Part shown: in pieces, positions 1 to 13,194 of the stretch
How the letters are laid out: every line of letters begins with the position of its first letter
How positions within the stretch are numbered: position 1 is the first letter of the stretch
Assembly: GCF_009834535.1 (NCBI RefSeq)
Contig: NC_045696.1
Coordinates: forward strand, 72,232,001 to 72,296,000
DNA: 64,000 nt
Source: Camelus ferus
Lineage: Eukaryota
Direction: 5' to 3'
Made by a program: the position numbers and the translations under genes
Notes under the pieces: generated by a model
Databases searched by the model: none
Told to the model about the DNA's origin: nothing
What the model saw: the letters and a program-made list of their open reading frames with translations, nothing else

Positions 1-94
1 TGTCCAGTCATACATAGTCATGAAAATACTCCCAGAATGGTGAATTTCCTCCTTATCCTTTGTGAAAAACCATGAAACATGCACAAGAGCAGCC

Positions 95-136
95 ATCATT
101 TCAACATATAGTTATTGAGGACCTACTATGTGCCAC
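95..136 (-). mobile_element. L2 LINE 3' terminal remnant
   Basis: tcaacatatagttattgaggacctactatgtgcca is the reverse complement of the L2 3' end motif. Confidence 0.55.
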
Positions 137-2339
137 AAGCTCTATTTGCTACCATATAGATCAAGGGAGGTGGGACAAGGGAGGCCTGTGTCACCTGAAG
201 GAGACAGAAAAGGAAGTCAACTTCTGGATGTCATCCCTGTGCATCCACCATTCTGTCTGCATTCAGCAGATCACCTGGAGTGCACTGTGCTCACTAGTAA
301 GGGTGTAGACAATTTGGAATAGAAAAGGTTTGCCTGATACATCAATGCAGAGGGGATTACCTGAGGAAGACTTGGAAAATTTACTATTCCACAGAGTCAG
401 CTCCAGACATCACAGGTTAGAAAATGTTTCATCAGAATATTTTGAAGTTGATCAGACTGGGGATGTTCAATTTAGCAAAGCTCTCAAAAGACTGACATAT
501 GAAATCAGAAAGGTATTTTATTAATTTACAGTGAGAAGTAAAATCTTCAGGGATTGGAGGGCCCTTTTTTTTTTTCCCTTTCATTCTCTGAATGGAAACC
601 CCATAAGAAGCCAAACAATCAGAAGATACCTTGAGGATCATAGGCTTAGAAAGGAGGTATTTATGAGAGACTTATATTTACTGGCATCATATTAAGATAG
701 CCCAATGCACACATTTCTGCTCTAAGGAAATACTTACCAGGCAGTCCAGATACTAAGTAGAAGCTGTCTGGGTTCCCTTTTTTCAAGACACAAATTAACT
801 GGGCTCTGCCAGTATTTACACTGTGAATCTCCTTTTCCTATATTTTTGTGGCAGACCAGGTCTCACTACCATTTTCACCTTCACTCTCTTAATTAGGTGG
901 CAGGCTATTTTATTTCATTAAGGGGCATCTCAGTGTTGATTTTTGTTTTAAAACCCAGAGGGCAATCTTATTTCTCATTCTTCCAGTTTATCTCCTTATC
1001 GAATGTAATATGACTTACAAGAGTGATTACTAAACTTTTAGCTATTAATTATTTTGACATCATTTCCAGTTTTACGTTAGTTTCAGAAATGGAAGAAATA
1101 GCATAGAAATAGAGTGCATCATTAACAAGCTAGGTTTAAAATTAGGGTTTTCTAATGCCTAATCCTTTGATAAATTCACTAGTTTTTGAAAGTTAATTAT
1201 ATGTTATTATTACTCTTTTAATTAGCACGCTTACTATTTAATTGGGCACTAAGGTGCCAATTAAAAGAAGAAAAGTCTATTGTATACTAGGGAAAACAGT
1301 TGATTAAATTTCCTAGAAGTAAAACCCATGGGAGATATAAAATGTTCTGTAAAATCATTGTCAACTGGGCATTCTCTCACTATGACTGTGTCTCTGGGTT
1401 AAGAAAACTGCTAAGGCCAGCAAACTGTTCAAAGTGGATAAGCAAAAATCCTTGTCAGTTTTAAATCAGCTCAAGTTAGTTTGTTTGCTTAACACTGAGC
1501 ACGCTGACTGGTACACAAGATCTAGCCTAGCACCAGGTCAGGTAGCTACTCTGTAAGTGCTCTCTCCAGAGTCTTCTCCACCTCTTGATTACTTCTATGG
1601 ATTAGGCCAGAGCTACTGTTTGGCTTGGAAAGTCACCTTCCCAGGGGAGCAGGCAGTACATTGACTTGTATCTGGATGGTCGCAGGATTGGTTGTTAAAT
1701 CCACTAGGCTTTCCAATGGGGGTAAAAAAAGGGAGGTGATATTATCATATATTTAAACCCTCAGGGAATCTTCCTTCCCCAAATAGTACCCTCTGCTCCC
1801 ATCCTTAAGAAACCCAATGTATTAGTTAAAATTTGCTAAATTGACTTTTTTCAGAACTGTTTTTTTTTAAATTTTTCATTTTATATCTACCCCACTTTTT
1901 TCTTAATAGGAATATATAAAGGTGAATAGTTTTGTTTTTCAGTATAAATTTCTGATCCCAAGTTCAAGGATATAACTGAATGTAAGAAGATTCAGGGTTG
2001 ATCTTGGATTAACATTTTTTTTTTGTAATGCTAAATTCATATTTTAAAATCATACTTTTAAAAATACTTAAAATAATGATTGGATATATTCTTTTTTCAT
2101 AAGAATTTAAGTTATGTAAACTCACTGAATTTTCTGAATAGCCTTCTACTGTGGTTAAAGTATAATCAGCTCAACTTTACAAAAAAGGAAATGAAAACCA
2201 GAAATATTTATATCCATTTCTTGTAAGCCAGTCTGTGAAAACTGTGAATTAATCAGATTCTGAAATTCCCTGTCCCCATTATATAGTTATGTTGTTCAGA
2301 CAGGACTTTTAATAGTTCAAGAAAAATCTCTCTTCTACC

Positions 2340-2765
2340 TGAGGAAATATAGTTAAATAAACAAATACGTGGGAAAAAAATGTTCATCCATGATAGTAGT
2401 CAAAAGAATGCAGATGAAAACAACTTGAAAATACCATTTTTATATCTATAAAACAGCAAAAAAAAGTATAGCTTCTTATTATAACAATTGTCAATGTTGA
2501 AGTGAAAGTGTGTGCTCGTTCTTGATGGCACTGTAAACTAATACCATCCTTTTGGAAAGAATATGGCAACGAAGAACATTAGACATAAATATAATCAAGT
2601 TCTTTGCTCCGTTAATTTTACTTTGAGGAATTTATCCCAAACAAATAATTCAGAAGAAACAAGAAAGTATATACATGAATACAGTCATTACCTCTTTATT
2701 CATAATAATAAGACATTGGTATAAAGTAAATAACCAATACTAAGGGTATAGATTAAGACTTTGGT
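2340..2765 (+). mobile_element. Ancient L1 (L1ME/L1MC-like) ORF2 3' fragment
   Basis: Degenerate L1 motifs aatgcagatgaaaacaac, ctgtaaactaataccatccttttggaaagaatatggca, aggaatttatccc. Confidence 0.65.
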
Positions 2766-2899
2766 TGATCATCTTTGCAAACTAGGTACCCTGTTCCTTC
2801 ATCAATCATAATCAAAAATAAGCATTTATTTTATGATATAAATGCATAGTACAGAGACTACTGACAGAATCCGGAAGCTGACAGTGGTGAGAAATGATT

Positions 2900-3675
2900 G
2901 ACTCACAATGTAATGTCAAACATGAAAGTTAATTACTAAAATTTTAATGAAAGTATAGTTTCAATAGCTAAGGATCCTATTATGACCTGTACTTCAGAAG
3001 AGCCTAATAGTCATGAAGGAAAGTTTCTCTTTTATACTATTACAGCCAATAAATTAGCAAGAAATAATAGAATTAGAATGTCACTACATAGGTATTGCTC
3101 AATAGTGGCTGCTTGCATCCCAAGGAGACAACCAGACATGTACCTTCTAATGGAAGTTTATAAACATCTATGAGGTGATTTTGTCCTCCATCAAAAAAAA
3201 AACAAAAAAAAAACTAATATATAATCAAGTCTCAAGATTTTAATTGATAGAAAATACACGGGCTAGAGGAATATGTTTAATGAGTCCCTGGATGTTCAAT
3301 CAGCAAAATCTAGGCAGTGAGGACTTCTGCAGGACTATGACCTTTTTCTTCAATAAAAGTGAAAGTTAAAAAAAAAAGAGAGACCCAAGGAGAAACTTAA
3401 AGATTAAAGAAGAAAGCCCTCAAAATCTGTATCAATAAATAACAACATATGGGCTATATTTAGATTTGAACAAACTGTTTTAAGAAATTTTTATAATTCC
3501 AATAAGGAAAATGTGAGCACTGGGTATCAGCAGTATTTAGGAATTTTTCCTAACTTTAGAGAAAGTGATAGTATTGTAGCTTTTTAAAAAGGGAAGTCCT
3601 TAAAAAAGATGCATATTGAAATATATATAGAATGAATGACATTATATCTTGAATTTGCTTCAGAACAATCTGGGG
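2900..3675 (+). mobile_element. Ancient L1MC-like 3' UTR fragment
   Basis: caatcagcaaaatctag...gatgcatattgaaatat...gaatttgcttcagaacaatctggg resembles L1MC 3' UTRs. Confidence 0.6.
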
Positions 3676-4096
3676 TTTCTTAAATAGAACTCACACCAAT
3701 TTTGTTATGTAACTGAAGCCCACAGAATGTTGCACATGTGCTCCAGACCTTTCCATTTACAAATTTATGTATTCCTTTGAAGGAATGTATCTTTTTTCAC
3801 CAGAGCCTATTTAGGGCTTATTTCTGCTTCATGGATTTTGTCTAGCTTCCCCCACTACTTCAATAACATATGAACTATTTGCCACATTTGTTTCTTTAAA
3901 AAAACACAAGCACAAATTCTGCTATTGAGCGTTCTCGTCATAAAAGGAAAGTTGTAGAATCTGAGACCAGTTAAACCTATAAATATTTATCAGATGCACA
4001 TGATGGATTAGGCATGGAGGGTGAATGAGACAGGTTAAAAATAAATTCTGTCTTGAGAAATTGACCATCAACTGGGGAGAAAACCATGTGGAAATA

Positions 4097-4358
4097 ATTA
4101 TAACAATTACTAACATTTATTGACTTCTTACTACGTGCCCAGTACTAGCTAAGGGCTTTACATGCGTTTAATTTTAATCCTCACAATGACTCCATGAAAT
4201 AGGTATTAATGTTCTTCCTAAAATACAAATGAAAAAATTGAAATGTGCAAACTACATACCTTGCTCAGTGTCATACAGAGAGCAGATCAGCATAGAAGGG
4301 CCTGGAACCCAGGCCTCTGTGAAGCAGAAGCCCATGCTATGCACAATCACACAAAACT
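4097..4358 (-). mobile_element. MIR SINE
   Basis: taacatttattga...ctacgtgcc...ttaatcctcacaatgactccatgaaataggta...tggaacccagg is the reverse complement of the MIR consensus. Confidence 0.85.
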
Positions 4359-4455
4359 AGCCATAATCTACTCAATCCAGATTTACTCCAAACCTTCATT
4401 GTGCAGAGCGATATATAGTGAACAGGCCTATACAGATACTTGCCACATGAATGTT

Positions 4456-4861
4456 TTAATGGTTAACTGTATGTGCTAACTTGACTGGGCCATAGGATGA
4501 CCACATATTTGGTCAAATATTATTCTGGATGTTTTTGCACAGGGGTTTTTGGATGAGATTAACAATTTAATTGGTAATCAGATTGCCCTTCAAATTGTGA
4601 GTGGGCTTTATCCAATTAGCTGAAGGCCTGAATGGAGCAAAAAGGCTGACCCTTCTCCAAATAAGAGGGAGTTCCTCCAGCAGACTAACTGCCTTTGGAT
4701 TTTATCTGCACAGTCAGCTCTCCTGGGTCTCTGCCTGCTGGCCCACACTGCAGATTTGGACTTGCCAGTCTCCATAGTCAGATGGGCCAATTCCTCATAA
4801 TAAGTCTCTCTCTTTCTGTATATATTTAGTTCTGTTTCTCTGGAGAAGCCTGACTAATGCA
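4456..4861 (+). mobile_element. MLT2-type ERVL solo LTR
   Basis: atggttaactgtatgtgctaacttgactgggcca start; ttctgtttctctggagaagcctgactaatgca end. Confidence 0.9.
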
Positions 4862-5149
4862 TATGTATTTCAAATAGAAAGAAGCAGTGTTTAAATTACC
4901 ACTAAATTCTGCAACACTGACACAGTAATTTTATGTGAAAGTGCCTTGTCTTCCCATGAATCATATTCCTGAAAAAATGTGCTTCTAAAAGCCATAAGCA
5001 GACGATCCTACCTGCTATATTTATCTTAGAGAAAGGACCAAAGGAAACAAGTTTTAGTTGTCATCACCAATGTTTTTCCAAATCGTTCTGTTGATAGAAA
5101 TGACCTTATATTGGTATTATACTACGACTTCATGGCATAAAACTAATAA

Positions 5150-5375
5150 TTAATTCAATACATATTGGCAGGCCCCATGCTGGTCACTGAAAAACCACAG
5201 AAAAAACAGTCCATGACTCAAAGTAGTTAATAATCTTAGTTTGAGCCAGATAAACTAAAGCTATGACAATATAACAATACCTGCTGAATTGGACATATGT
5301 CCCAACTGCAGTGGGTACAAAGAGGTAGTGTCTAAATCTACAGGAGAGTCAGGAAGACATCCCAGAATAACAGTT
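5150..5375 (-). mobile_element. L2 LINE remnant
   Basis: Degenerate antisense L2 3' region ending ggagagtcaggaagacatcccaga. Confidence 0.5.
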
Positions 5376-6224
5376 TTAATATTAAAAAAATGTATTATGT
5401 TAGGTCATCATGGACTGATTTTCCTTTCAGATTGTCACTGAAGACAAGCGCCACATTTTATCAACAGTACAGGAATCCTGATCCTATTTTTTCCCTTATT
5501 GATTGGCCTTCTGGAGCTAGTTCTACATTTAATAAGGAAGCTACCTTAATTCCCATGAGGAACTCATGTTTTCCTAGGCAATTTCATTTTTTCTCTTTCT
5601 TTCTTATACGGAGTCCTGGAATATGGGTTTCAGAGCAACATTGTGCTGAGTGAAATGACGCATGTTCAAAATGGAGCCACATCCCTTTTTCTCTTAAAAA
5701 CTCCAGATCAGCAATGTCAGCCTTTGACTCCAGGCCCCCAGACAGAAAAAGGATTCATTTTCCCACACTCAAATACAATAAGGATTTTGAAATTGTTCAA
5801 AATAATTAACAATAAGCTCTCCTACTTTTCTCCCTTCCTTGGATTAGTTTTCCCTATGAGCCATCTCTGGGAACTCATATTTGGGAGTTTGATCTTCTTT
5901 GACATTAATGAGACTAATGCTACCTTACAAGCAGCCCCTGTATGCCTATTTGCTCGATCAAAACCAAATTTAAACAGTGCATTGCATGCTGTGACTTAAA
6001 CATTGCTTTCAAATTAGACTCTTTGCCAACTTGTGCCTCCTAGTAGCTTTCTTCGTCTAAACAGAATCTTGATATAGAATAGATGTTCACATCTATTGAC
6101 TAGTGAGTAGAAAATAATGGTCAGATTTTAGTCATACCTCTGTAATTTAAAGCTGACAATTTTATATATATATATATTTTTCTGTAGCAATAGAGTATTT
6201 ACAATTCTTTATGAGATGCTTATT

Positions 6225-6765
6225 ATTATTTTTAAAAATTTCATTGAAGTATGGTTGATTTACAATGTTAGTTTCAGGTATATAGCAAAGTGATTCAGTT
6301 ATATATATATACATACATACATATATATTTTTTCTTTTTAATTTCTTTTCCATTATATGTTATTACAAGAAATTGAATATAGTTCCCTGTGCTATACAGT
6401 AGGTCATTGTTGTTTATCTATTTTATATATAGTAATGTGTGTGTGTTAATCCCTAACCCCTAATTTATCCCTCCCTGCCCTTTCCCCTTTGGTAACCATA
6501 GTTTGTTTTCTGTCTGTGAGTCTGTTTTTGGCTTATAAATAGAATTTGTATCATTTTTTTTGGATTCCACATGTAAGTGATATCATATAATATTTGTCTT
6601 TCTCTGTCTGACTTACTTCACTTAGTATGAGTCTCTAGGTCCATCCCTGTTGCTGCAAATGGCAGTATTTCATTATTTTTTACTGGTGAGTAATATTCCA
6701 TTGTAATATTTAGGCACCACATCTTCTTCATCCAGTCATCTGTTGATAGACATTTAGGTTGTTGT
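6225..6765 (-). mobile_element. Artiodactyl-type L1 3' end, 5'-truncated
   Basis: attgaagtatggttgatttacaatg...ccctgtgctatacagtagg...ttccacatgtaagtgatatcata; similar to the L1 3' end at 50900-51280. Confidence 0.92.
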
Positions 6766-7584
6766 AAAATATACATATTTTAAATCTAGAGAGGTTAAAT
6801 ATCTTTATCTTTCATAAAAGGGTTTCTTCTCTTTGCACTCCCTCCTTCCTTCACAAAATGGCATTTGGAACGATAATACGAAGAAAAGAGGAAACATTCT
6901 GAACGGAGACAGATTTGCAATTTACTGTCCAGAGATATACAGACTGGGATGTACATGTGGCATTTTGCTCATCAGAAGGCATCACAGCTTGATAACATCT
7001 TGTTGAGGGTGGTGGGGTGGCATGCAACAGATTTCAGTTTGTTTCCTGCAGGTGTCAATTGCCTAAGGGATCTGACTTGAAGGGGCAGAGCAGGCAGAAC
7101 TAGTTCTGGGGCCTAAGATTGTAAAGCTAGAGGTTGGTTTGTGAAGTGCTGAGGCATACCATGGGCCAGCTCTGGAAATGGGGCTGGCAGCAGCCAGGAG
7201 ACAGTGGGCACCCAGCCAGCTTGTAAGAGTTCAGAGCTGGGTTCTAATTTCATAGAGGTTCAGGAGAGAGGTGCGACCAGGCACCAAGTACCAGCTGTGA
7301 ACCCTGGTCAGTTTTAGTGTAAGCCAGATATGAATAGTGGCTCCTTGGTGCTCATGTGGCATCTGGGATTCACTTTCTATCATAAGGAGCTCAGAGGAAC
7401 AGACAAGTGTCATCCCCAGGCGGGGAGGAAGTAGGGATTGAGCTGAGGTTCAGGAAGGATAAAGCCAATTGTGATGGAGTTCACATTTGAAGTCTGGTCT
7501 TGTTTGGAAGTGGCCTGAGAACTAAGAACCAGGGACTAAGTAGGGAGGCCAGTGAGGCAGGCTGCCACACACAAGAGAGCTATT

Positions 7585-7794
7585 AATTCTTCCCAAATTA
7601 CCATGTAACTTCTCTACATATATAAATATATCTCATTTTCTAGAATTTAGGCACATGGCCACAACTAGCTGCAAGAAAGTTTGGGAAATACAGTCTTTTA
7701 TTCTAAGGGCCAGTGTGCCGAGATAAAAATGGAGATTCTGCTAAGGAGGAAGAGGAGAATTGATACAGGGATGCAATGACCACTGTCTACCACA
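7585..7794 (-). mobile_element. LTR33-like ERVL LTR remnant
   Basis: cacatggccacaactagctgcaagaaagtttgggaaatacagtcttt...tctaccaca. Confidence 0.7.
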
Positions 7795-7844
7795 ATCCTT
7801 ACATCCTCTGTAAGAGCAATTAAGCCATTAAATTAATTAAGCCA

Positions 7845-7990
7845 AAAAATCCTAACTGTGCCACTTGCCAGTAGTATAACCAAGAACAAGTTAATTAATT
7901 CATCTGAATCTCAGTCCTAGCATTTGTAAAATGGGCATATCAGTACCTAGTCCACAGATTTGTGAAAGTTAAATAAAAGTAACATATGTA
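7845..7990 (+). mobile_element. MIR SINE
   Basis: gccacttgccagtag...aacaagttaattaa...ctcagt...tgtaaaatggg MIR core. Confidence 0.75.
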
Positions 7991-9009
7991 GACCGTACTA
8001 AATATATGTTGGTTTCCCTTGTCATAAAGCTAGTTCTGCTTTCTCTTGACCATTTTCCTGGTATTATTTTAATTCTTTAATCAGGATTACCCTGGGAGAT
8101 CATATTAGCTAGATCCTATCTATGAAGTCAAGGATGAGGATGCATACAATGCAATTCCTCCCAGCTCCTACACTCTCAAGGGAGGGAGTGGTAATAATAA
8201 AACACAGTCAATGAATTATTAACATTTAACAATTGTAGGTTTCATGAAAACTTTTGAAGAAATTACAAATCTGGGTTCAAGGTACCCTCCTGAAGGGTAC
8301 TTTAATGTTAAAAACAGTGTGTCGTTTTGAAAACAATGAAGGTTAGAGTTTATTTTTAACACTATATTTCTTTGTCTTCCCTAAGTGAAGCCCACAGTTT
8401 ATGGAACGTAAGCACTGCAATACTTACTGCCTCACAGGAAGACATTTATGGCAGCATGGTTTTCTTGTCATATGACTGTCACCTGTTAGACCTCATTATA
8501 ATCATGGACTCTACCTTTGGCTCCAGCTCTTGTTTGCTAGGGCAAAATTAAACTTAGATTAGATATGAACTCTCTGCTAAACTCAGTGATTCAAAAAAAT
8601 CCCTTCAGAAGGGCCGTACCTGATTGTCCTCCTTCTGACCTGCTCTTTGCATTTTCTTTCTTATCTTGGTAACCATAGAAATAACTGGGAGAGGTGAAGT
8701 TGGCCCAGCTCCACTTCTTCATTGCATGGAAGGTGACAGTTCACTAGTGCTTGGCTGATTACGATTTGACAGAATAGGTGAAGGGTTGGACCTTGAACAG
8801 TAGCTATTCCAGCTTTTGAAGGTGTACAGGAGAAAGAGGGAGGGCAAAGGGCTTATTGCCTCTGTACTCTCATCTCTCACTGAGCCCCTTCATTCTTCCC
8901 TGTTCAGGTCACTGATGCCTACACCTACTTGGTCATTCTCTCCCACTTAGACTCTTTTGTCCCTACCTCCTTCTGTTGATCTGTCAGACTTTGTGTCCTC
9001 TCAAGCTGT

Positions 9010-9190
9010 ATGATGAATGTGAGCTTTGGAATTACAAAGATCTCCTCTGAGCTAGTGCACCTGATCCTCAATCTCCTGCTCTGTAAAATGGTAATAAAAC
9101 TTACTTCTCATAGTTATTTTGAGGGTTAAAAAAATGTATTTAAGTATACAATTCTAGGCATGCAGTAAGCATTCCACAAATGTTGGTATA
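9010..9190 (+). mobile_element. MIR SINE
   Basis: ctctgtaaaatggtaataa...ttctcatagttattttgagggttaaa...ggcatgcagtaagc. Confidence 0.7.
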
Positions 9191-9249
9191 TTTCCCTGCA
9201 CACTCATCTTTCTCCTCTAACCATTTCCAAGTTCTTTTTACCTCTAAAA

Positions 9250-9389
9250 ACTTTACTACTCAAAGTGTGGTCCCAGGACCAGCAACATTGGGAATGCTGA
9301 ATCTCAGGCTCCACCCAGACAGAATCTGCATTTTAACACCATCTCCAGATGTTTCATATACATATGAAAACTTGAGAGGCACTGCTCTA
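9250..9389. mobile_element. MER5-type hAT-Charlie non-autonomous DNA transposon
   Basis: ctactcaaagtgtggtcccaggaccagca...cagaatctgcattttaaca...ttgagaggcactgctcta. Confidence 0.9.
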
Positions 9390-9454
9390 AGGCAAAGACT
9401 CCTCTTTCTATTCTTTTTCTAAAGGGGAGAGAATAATGGGCACCACTGATGGCG

Positions 9455-9648
9455 TGCCTGCACTGCCTGGTGCTGGTTTCTTGACTGACATTTCCCTCAT
9501 CCTCACTCTGTGAGGTGGGCACTGTCATCTCCCTTTACCTGTGATGAAATGGCGACAAAGGGAAGTTAACTTCCCTGCCCAAAAGCAAGTAGAGACTCAA
9601 ACTCAAGTCTTTTTGCCTGAAAACTTTACACTACTTCAAAACCACATG
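9455..9648 (-). mobile_element. MIR SINE
   Basis: tcatcctcactctgtgaggtgggcactgtcatctccc...gatgaaat...caaactcaagtct. Confidence 0.65.
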
Positions 9649-11554
9649 GGTCTACTGGCTTTTAGTGCTGGAGAAGACAGAGGGAGGGGAGGGGGTGAGT
9701 AGAAGATGAAAACACAACAAAGCAAAAAGAGACACATGAAAACACTAAAGTTGACTGTGAGTTTCAATGAAAATCAGTAGAGAAACACTTCCCTGATGCC
9801 TGATTCCAGCTGTCCTCAATTCTTTTCCCAGTTCCTTGCCCTTTATTTGAGATTGACAAACATTTTAGCAGCTAATAAACGATGATAAAATACTCCACAA
9901 ACGTGAAGTGACTGTTCAGTTTTCAGTCTGTTCAATGAAATGATATGGCACCTCACCCAGCATGTGACTGTGTTGCTTTGTTCATGAGATTTTTTTCAGG
10001 GGTATTTTTTCTCTCCATTAGGTTGTAAGATTGTAACTATCAAAGTTAATAAATTTCCAATTTACCAATTTTTCCTGTTACCAATTTTTCCATACTTTGA
10101 AGTTTAATTCACTATATTCCCTAACCATCCAGAAGTGGGATGATAACTGCTTCCAATAAGTAATTTTTTAAAAGCTCTCCACCCCAGTTACTCGTTTAAA
10201 CTTGTTAAGACATCATTCTGTAAGAAGGCCGGGTGTGCTGAATTTATGCCGTCTGAACACCAAAACTGGGAAAGTCAGGTGGTGGTAGTCATATATTCTA
10301 GATACTTATCTATTGTGGGAATGAATTTCAGTTCACAAACAGCTGTGCAGGAAATATCACATTTCTTTATTTTCCCTAAATCAACTGAAATCTGACTCTG
10401 AGCCCCCATCCTGCAGAACAGGCAGAATTCACTCACTGTCTTGGCTGGATCTTGCCACAGAACTGTGCTGAGATTCTGGGTAGATACTGACCCCTCTAGT
10501 CACTGACCAATGGTCCACCCCAGCTTCTGCTGACATGTCTGTGTCTCGCCAGCATGGTTTGAGGACTCGGCTGCTTCTGGACCATGCCTGGGGCAGGAGA
10601 ACCTCAGGGGAGCCTGGGGATCCTGTGTCCAGGGTCCATCCTCCTTAGGAGCTCTATAAGCCTTCTTCCCGGAGGCCTTGCCTCGTCCTGGGCACACTGC
10701 CATTAAGCTATGCAGCAGGTCCCTGGTGCTCCACAGAACCCCATGACTTCTGTCCCTGTCCAGTCTCCCAGAATCTCAGCTCTCTCTCTCTTCTGATTTT
10801 AAGAATTCTTCCCTCACTCCTCTTCCCTCTAAGACACCCACAGTTATGTCTTTTATGGACTTAGACTTTTCAAAGGAGCCGAAGAGCCTCTGATTTCATA
10901 GGTACATGTTTTCAGCTCTGTAAAAATTCCTAAGGTATAAAGTTAAAAAGGAGCTTCCTTCTTGCTTGAGATTGAAAGAGGAGAAAAACAGAAGAATTGG
11001 GTAAATTAGAACTTAAAAAAATTATCCTGACACAGGTCTATACATAGGTCTTTTGAGGAGGTTTTTATCTTGGGATTTTGTAAAGACAATAAAGGCATTT
11101 ATGTTTGACTGAATCTACTCTGGAATGAAAACTCTATACACTTTACTATAAACTGCTTTAAAGATAAATATACAATCCTGATGTAAATTCCCAGTTCCTG
11201 CCTCCTGGGATTGGGAAGAACTTGTAGCCCAGGTTTAGGTGTGATCTGTGTTCCTTTGTGGCATTTCCTCTCTTACTTCATTCAGCTCACGGGGGCATTT
11301 CAAACTTTATGTGTTAGGAAGAGACATTCTTTACTTGCTGTCTAAGGAAACCAGATTCCCAAACCATTTCCCCTGTAATATCACTAAACATTCCTCCTGC
11401 TCTACATATGTGTCATGTATGATGGTATAGATATATCATCCTGTTTTTGATTCATGGATTTAACATTTTATCTTTTTTCTTTGAAGGTAGTAATCATAGT
11501 CTTTTTGAAATTTATTTGTGCCCTGCAGGATTCTCTAGCACAGAAAATTATGTG

Positions 11555-11560
<6 letters not shown>

Positions 11561-11602
<42 letters not shown>
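11561..11602. repeat. (AT)21 microsatellite
   Basis: Uninterrupted AT dinucleotide run. Confidence 0.98.
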
Positions 11603-11605
<3 letters not shown>

Positions 11606-11919
11606 TTTTCAAATAAATAATCATATTTTTAGATTTGTGTATTGTTTGTGTTTCAGGTATATTAATAAAGATCCATGCATAGGTTAATTTTAAGGCATTT
11701 AACTAGATAACTTGAAGGTGAAATCGTAAAAGGAGAATATGCCATTTTCCCAGAGTGAACTAATAAAAACCACTTTATGCAAATTATATGCTCTTGAGAT
11801 GCGTGATGCAAGATTTTATAAATTATATCATATTTTAATGTATTAAGATATGCTGATAAAACTCTTTTAGGAAACCCTTTTTGAAAGTGAGAAGTTGATG
11901 AATGATTTAACTCTTTTCA

Positions 11920-12165
11920 GCATGATGAGTTGGTTAACAGCAGGGGCTCAGAAATCAGACTCCATGGTTTTGAATCCTGCCTTCACATCTTCTGTGTGAT
12001 GCCGAACAAATTACTTAACCTCTCAGAATCTTGCTAAAATGAGGGTAATAATAATAATACCTACTTCACAGGGTTGTTGCGGGGATAGAATGAAAAAATA
12101 CATGTAAAGCACTTACAACTCTGCCTGACACATATTTAGTACATAAGAAATGTTAGCTATTATTA
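11920..12165 (+). mobile_element. MIR SINE, near full length
   Basis: tggttaacagcaggggctc...tgaatcctg...ttacttaacctctc...cacagggttgttgcgggga...aaatgttagctattatt. Confidence 0.9.
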
Positions 12166-12729
12166 ATATTTTTAAAATAGAATGAGGAACCACTGCAAAT
12201 GATGGTATGTAATCCATCCTACCAATTAGTTATGGATATTGTTACTTATTCTTTTGTTTAAAAGTATTATATATATTTGACATACTTGCTTCTTATAATA
12301 ATGAAGCTTCAGAAAATTCACTGTGTGTTATCAAATGAGATTGCCTTGAAGAGTTATTGTGTGTGATCTCAAACATCAGAGTGGAAAAACCTTACTGTGG
12401 AATCACATGGGACTCTGCCACGATACTCCCTGGTACACATCTGTCCCCTAAACAACACCTACACACTCACATACACACTCACACATCCATAGCAGAAGGT
12501 ATTGCTTACCTCAGTGTTTGCATGCAAGAACAAACAAGAAATGTATGTCTTTGAAATACAATGTTAACTTTTCATGCCAATGTAGGTATTTACTGTGTGT
12601 GGGAACATCATTTAATGGATAGGTATTAACCTTTTTACAATTGGTTACTTAGAGTATGATATTTTAACTCAGCATTAGTCAGTTTTTCTGAGATGTGACA
12701 TATTTTCTTCTTCCTTTAATATTTGTACT

Positions 12730-12953
12730 AATAACAGTGGTACCCAACAGTCACTGACCAATTACTGCATGCCTGTGCTTTCTTTGTATTAACTTGCAAA
12801 AGGCTGATAAGTTGGACAGTCATTAATTCCATTTTAGAGGTGAGGCACAAAAGTTTGAGTATCTTGACTAAGTTAATGGCTAGTGAGTGGTGGAGCCAGG
12901 ATTTGAACCAGTCATCTCTAACACTAATTCACTTTAACTATTATACCATACTG
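12730..12953 (-). mobile_element. MIR SINE
   Basis: ccattttagaggtgagg...gctagtgagtggtggagccaggatttgaacca. Confidence 0.8.
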
Positions 12954-13194
12954 TACACTAAGATAGATGTAAGTGTGTTAAATGTATCGTATTCTACAAA
13001 ATGCCTGACTAGGGTTTGCATTTGCCATGTGGTTGATTTTAAATCAAGTGAAAATCAGAAGTGTGACTCTGAGACTATGCTACAGTGAACTTTTGTAACA
13101 TTTTTGTAAAATATTTTATAAAGAATATACCTTATCCAGTTAACATAAATATTGTTTTTTTAAGCTCTAAGTTGATTCTTTAAAATGGATGGGA

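Noticed and set aside
72..641. Short ORFs at the window start
   Set aside because: No recognisable protein or consistent exon structure; one overlaps an L2 remnant
7080..7570. GC-richer blocks here and at ~10500-10750, ~28880-29440 and ~40390-40690 as exons or named repeats
   Set aside because: Probably very old LTR or L1 5' remnants, but I cannot assign a family or coding frame with support
8282..8300. Short hairpins such as gtaccct-cctga-agggtac, and similar ones at ~15000-15042 and 36201-36228
   Set aside because: Arms of 7-11 bp with loops are expected by chance in 64 kb
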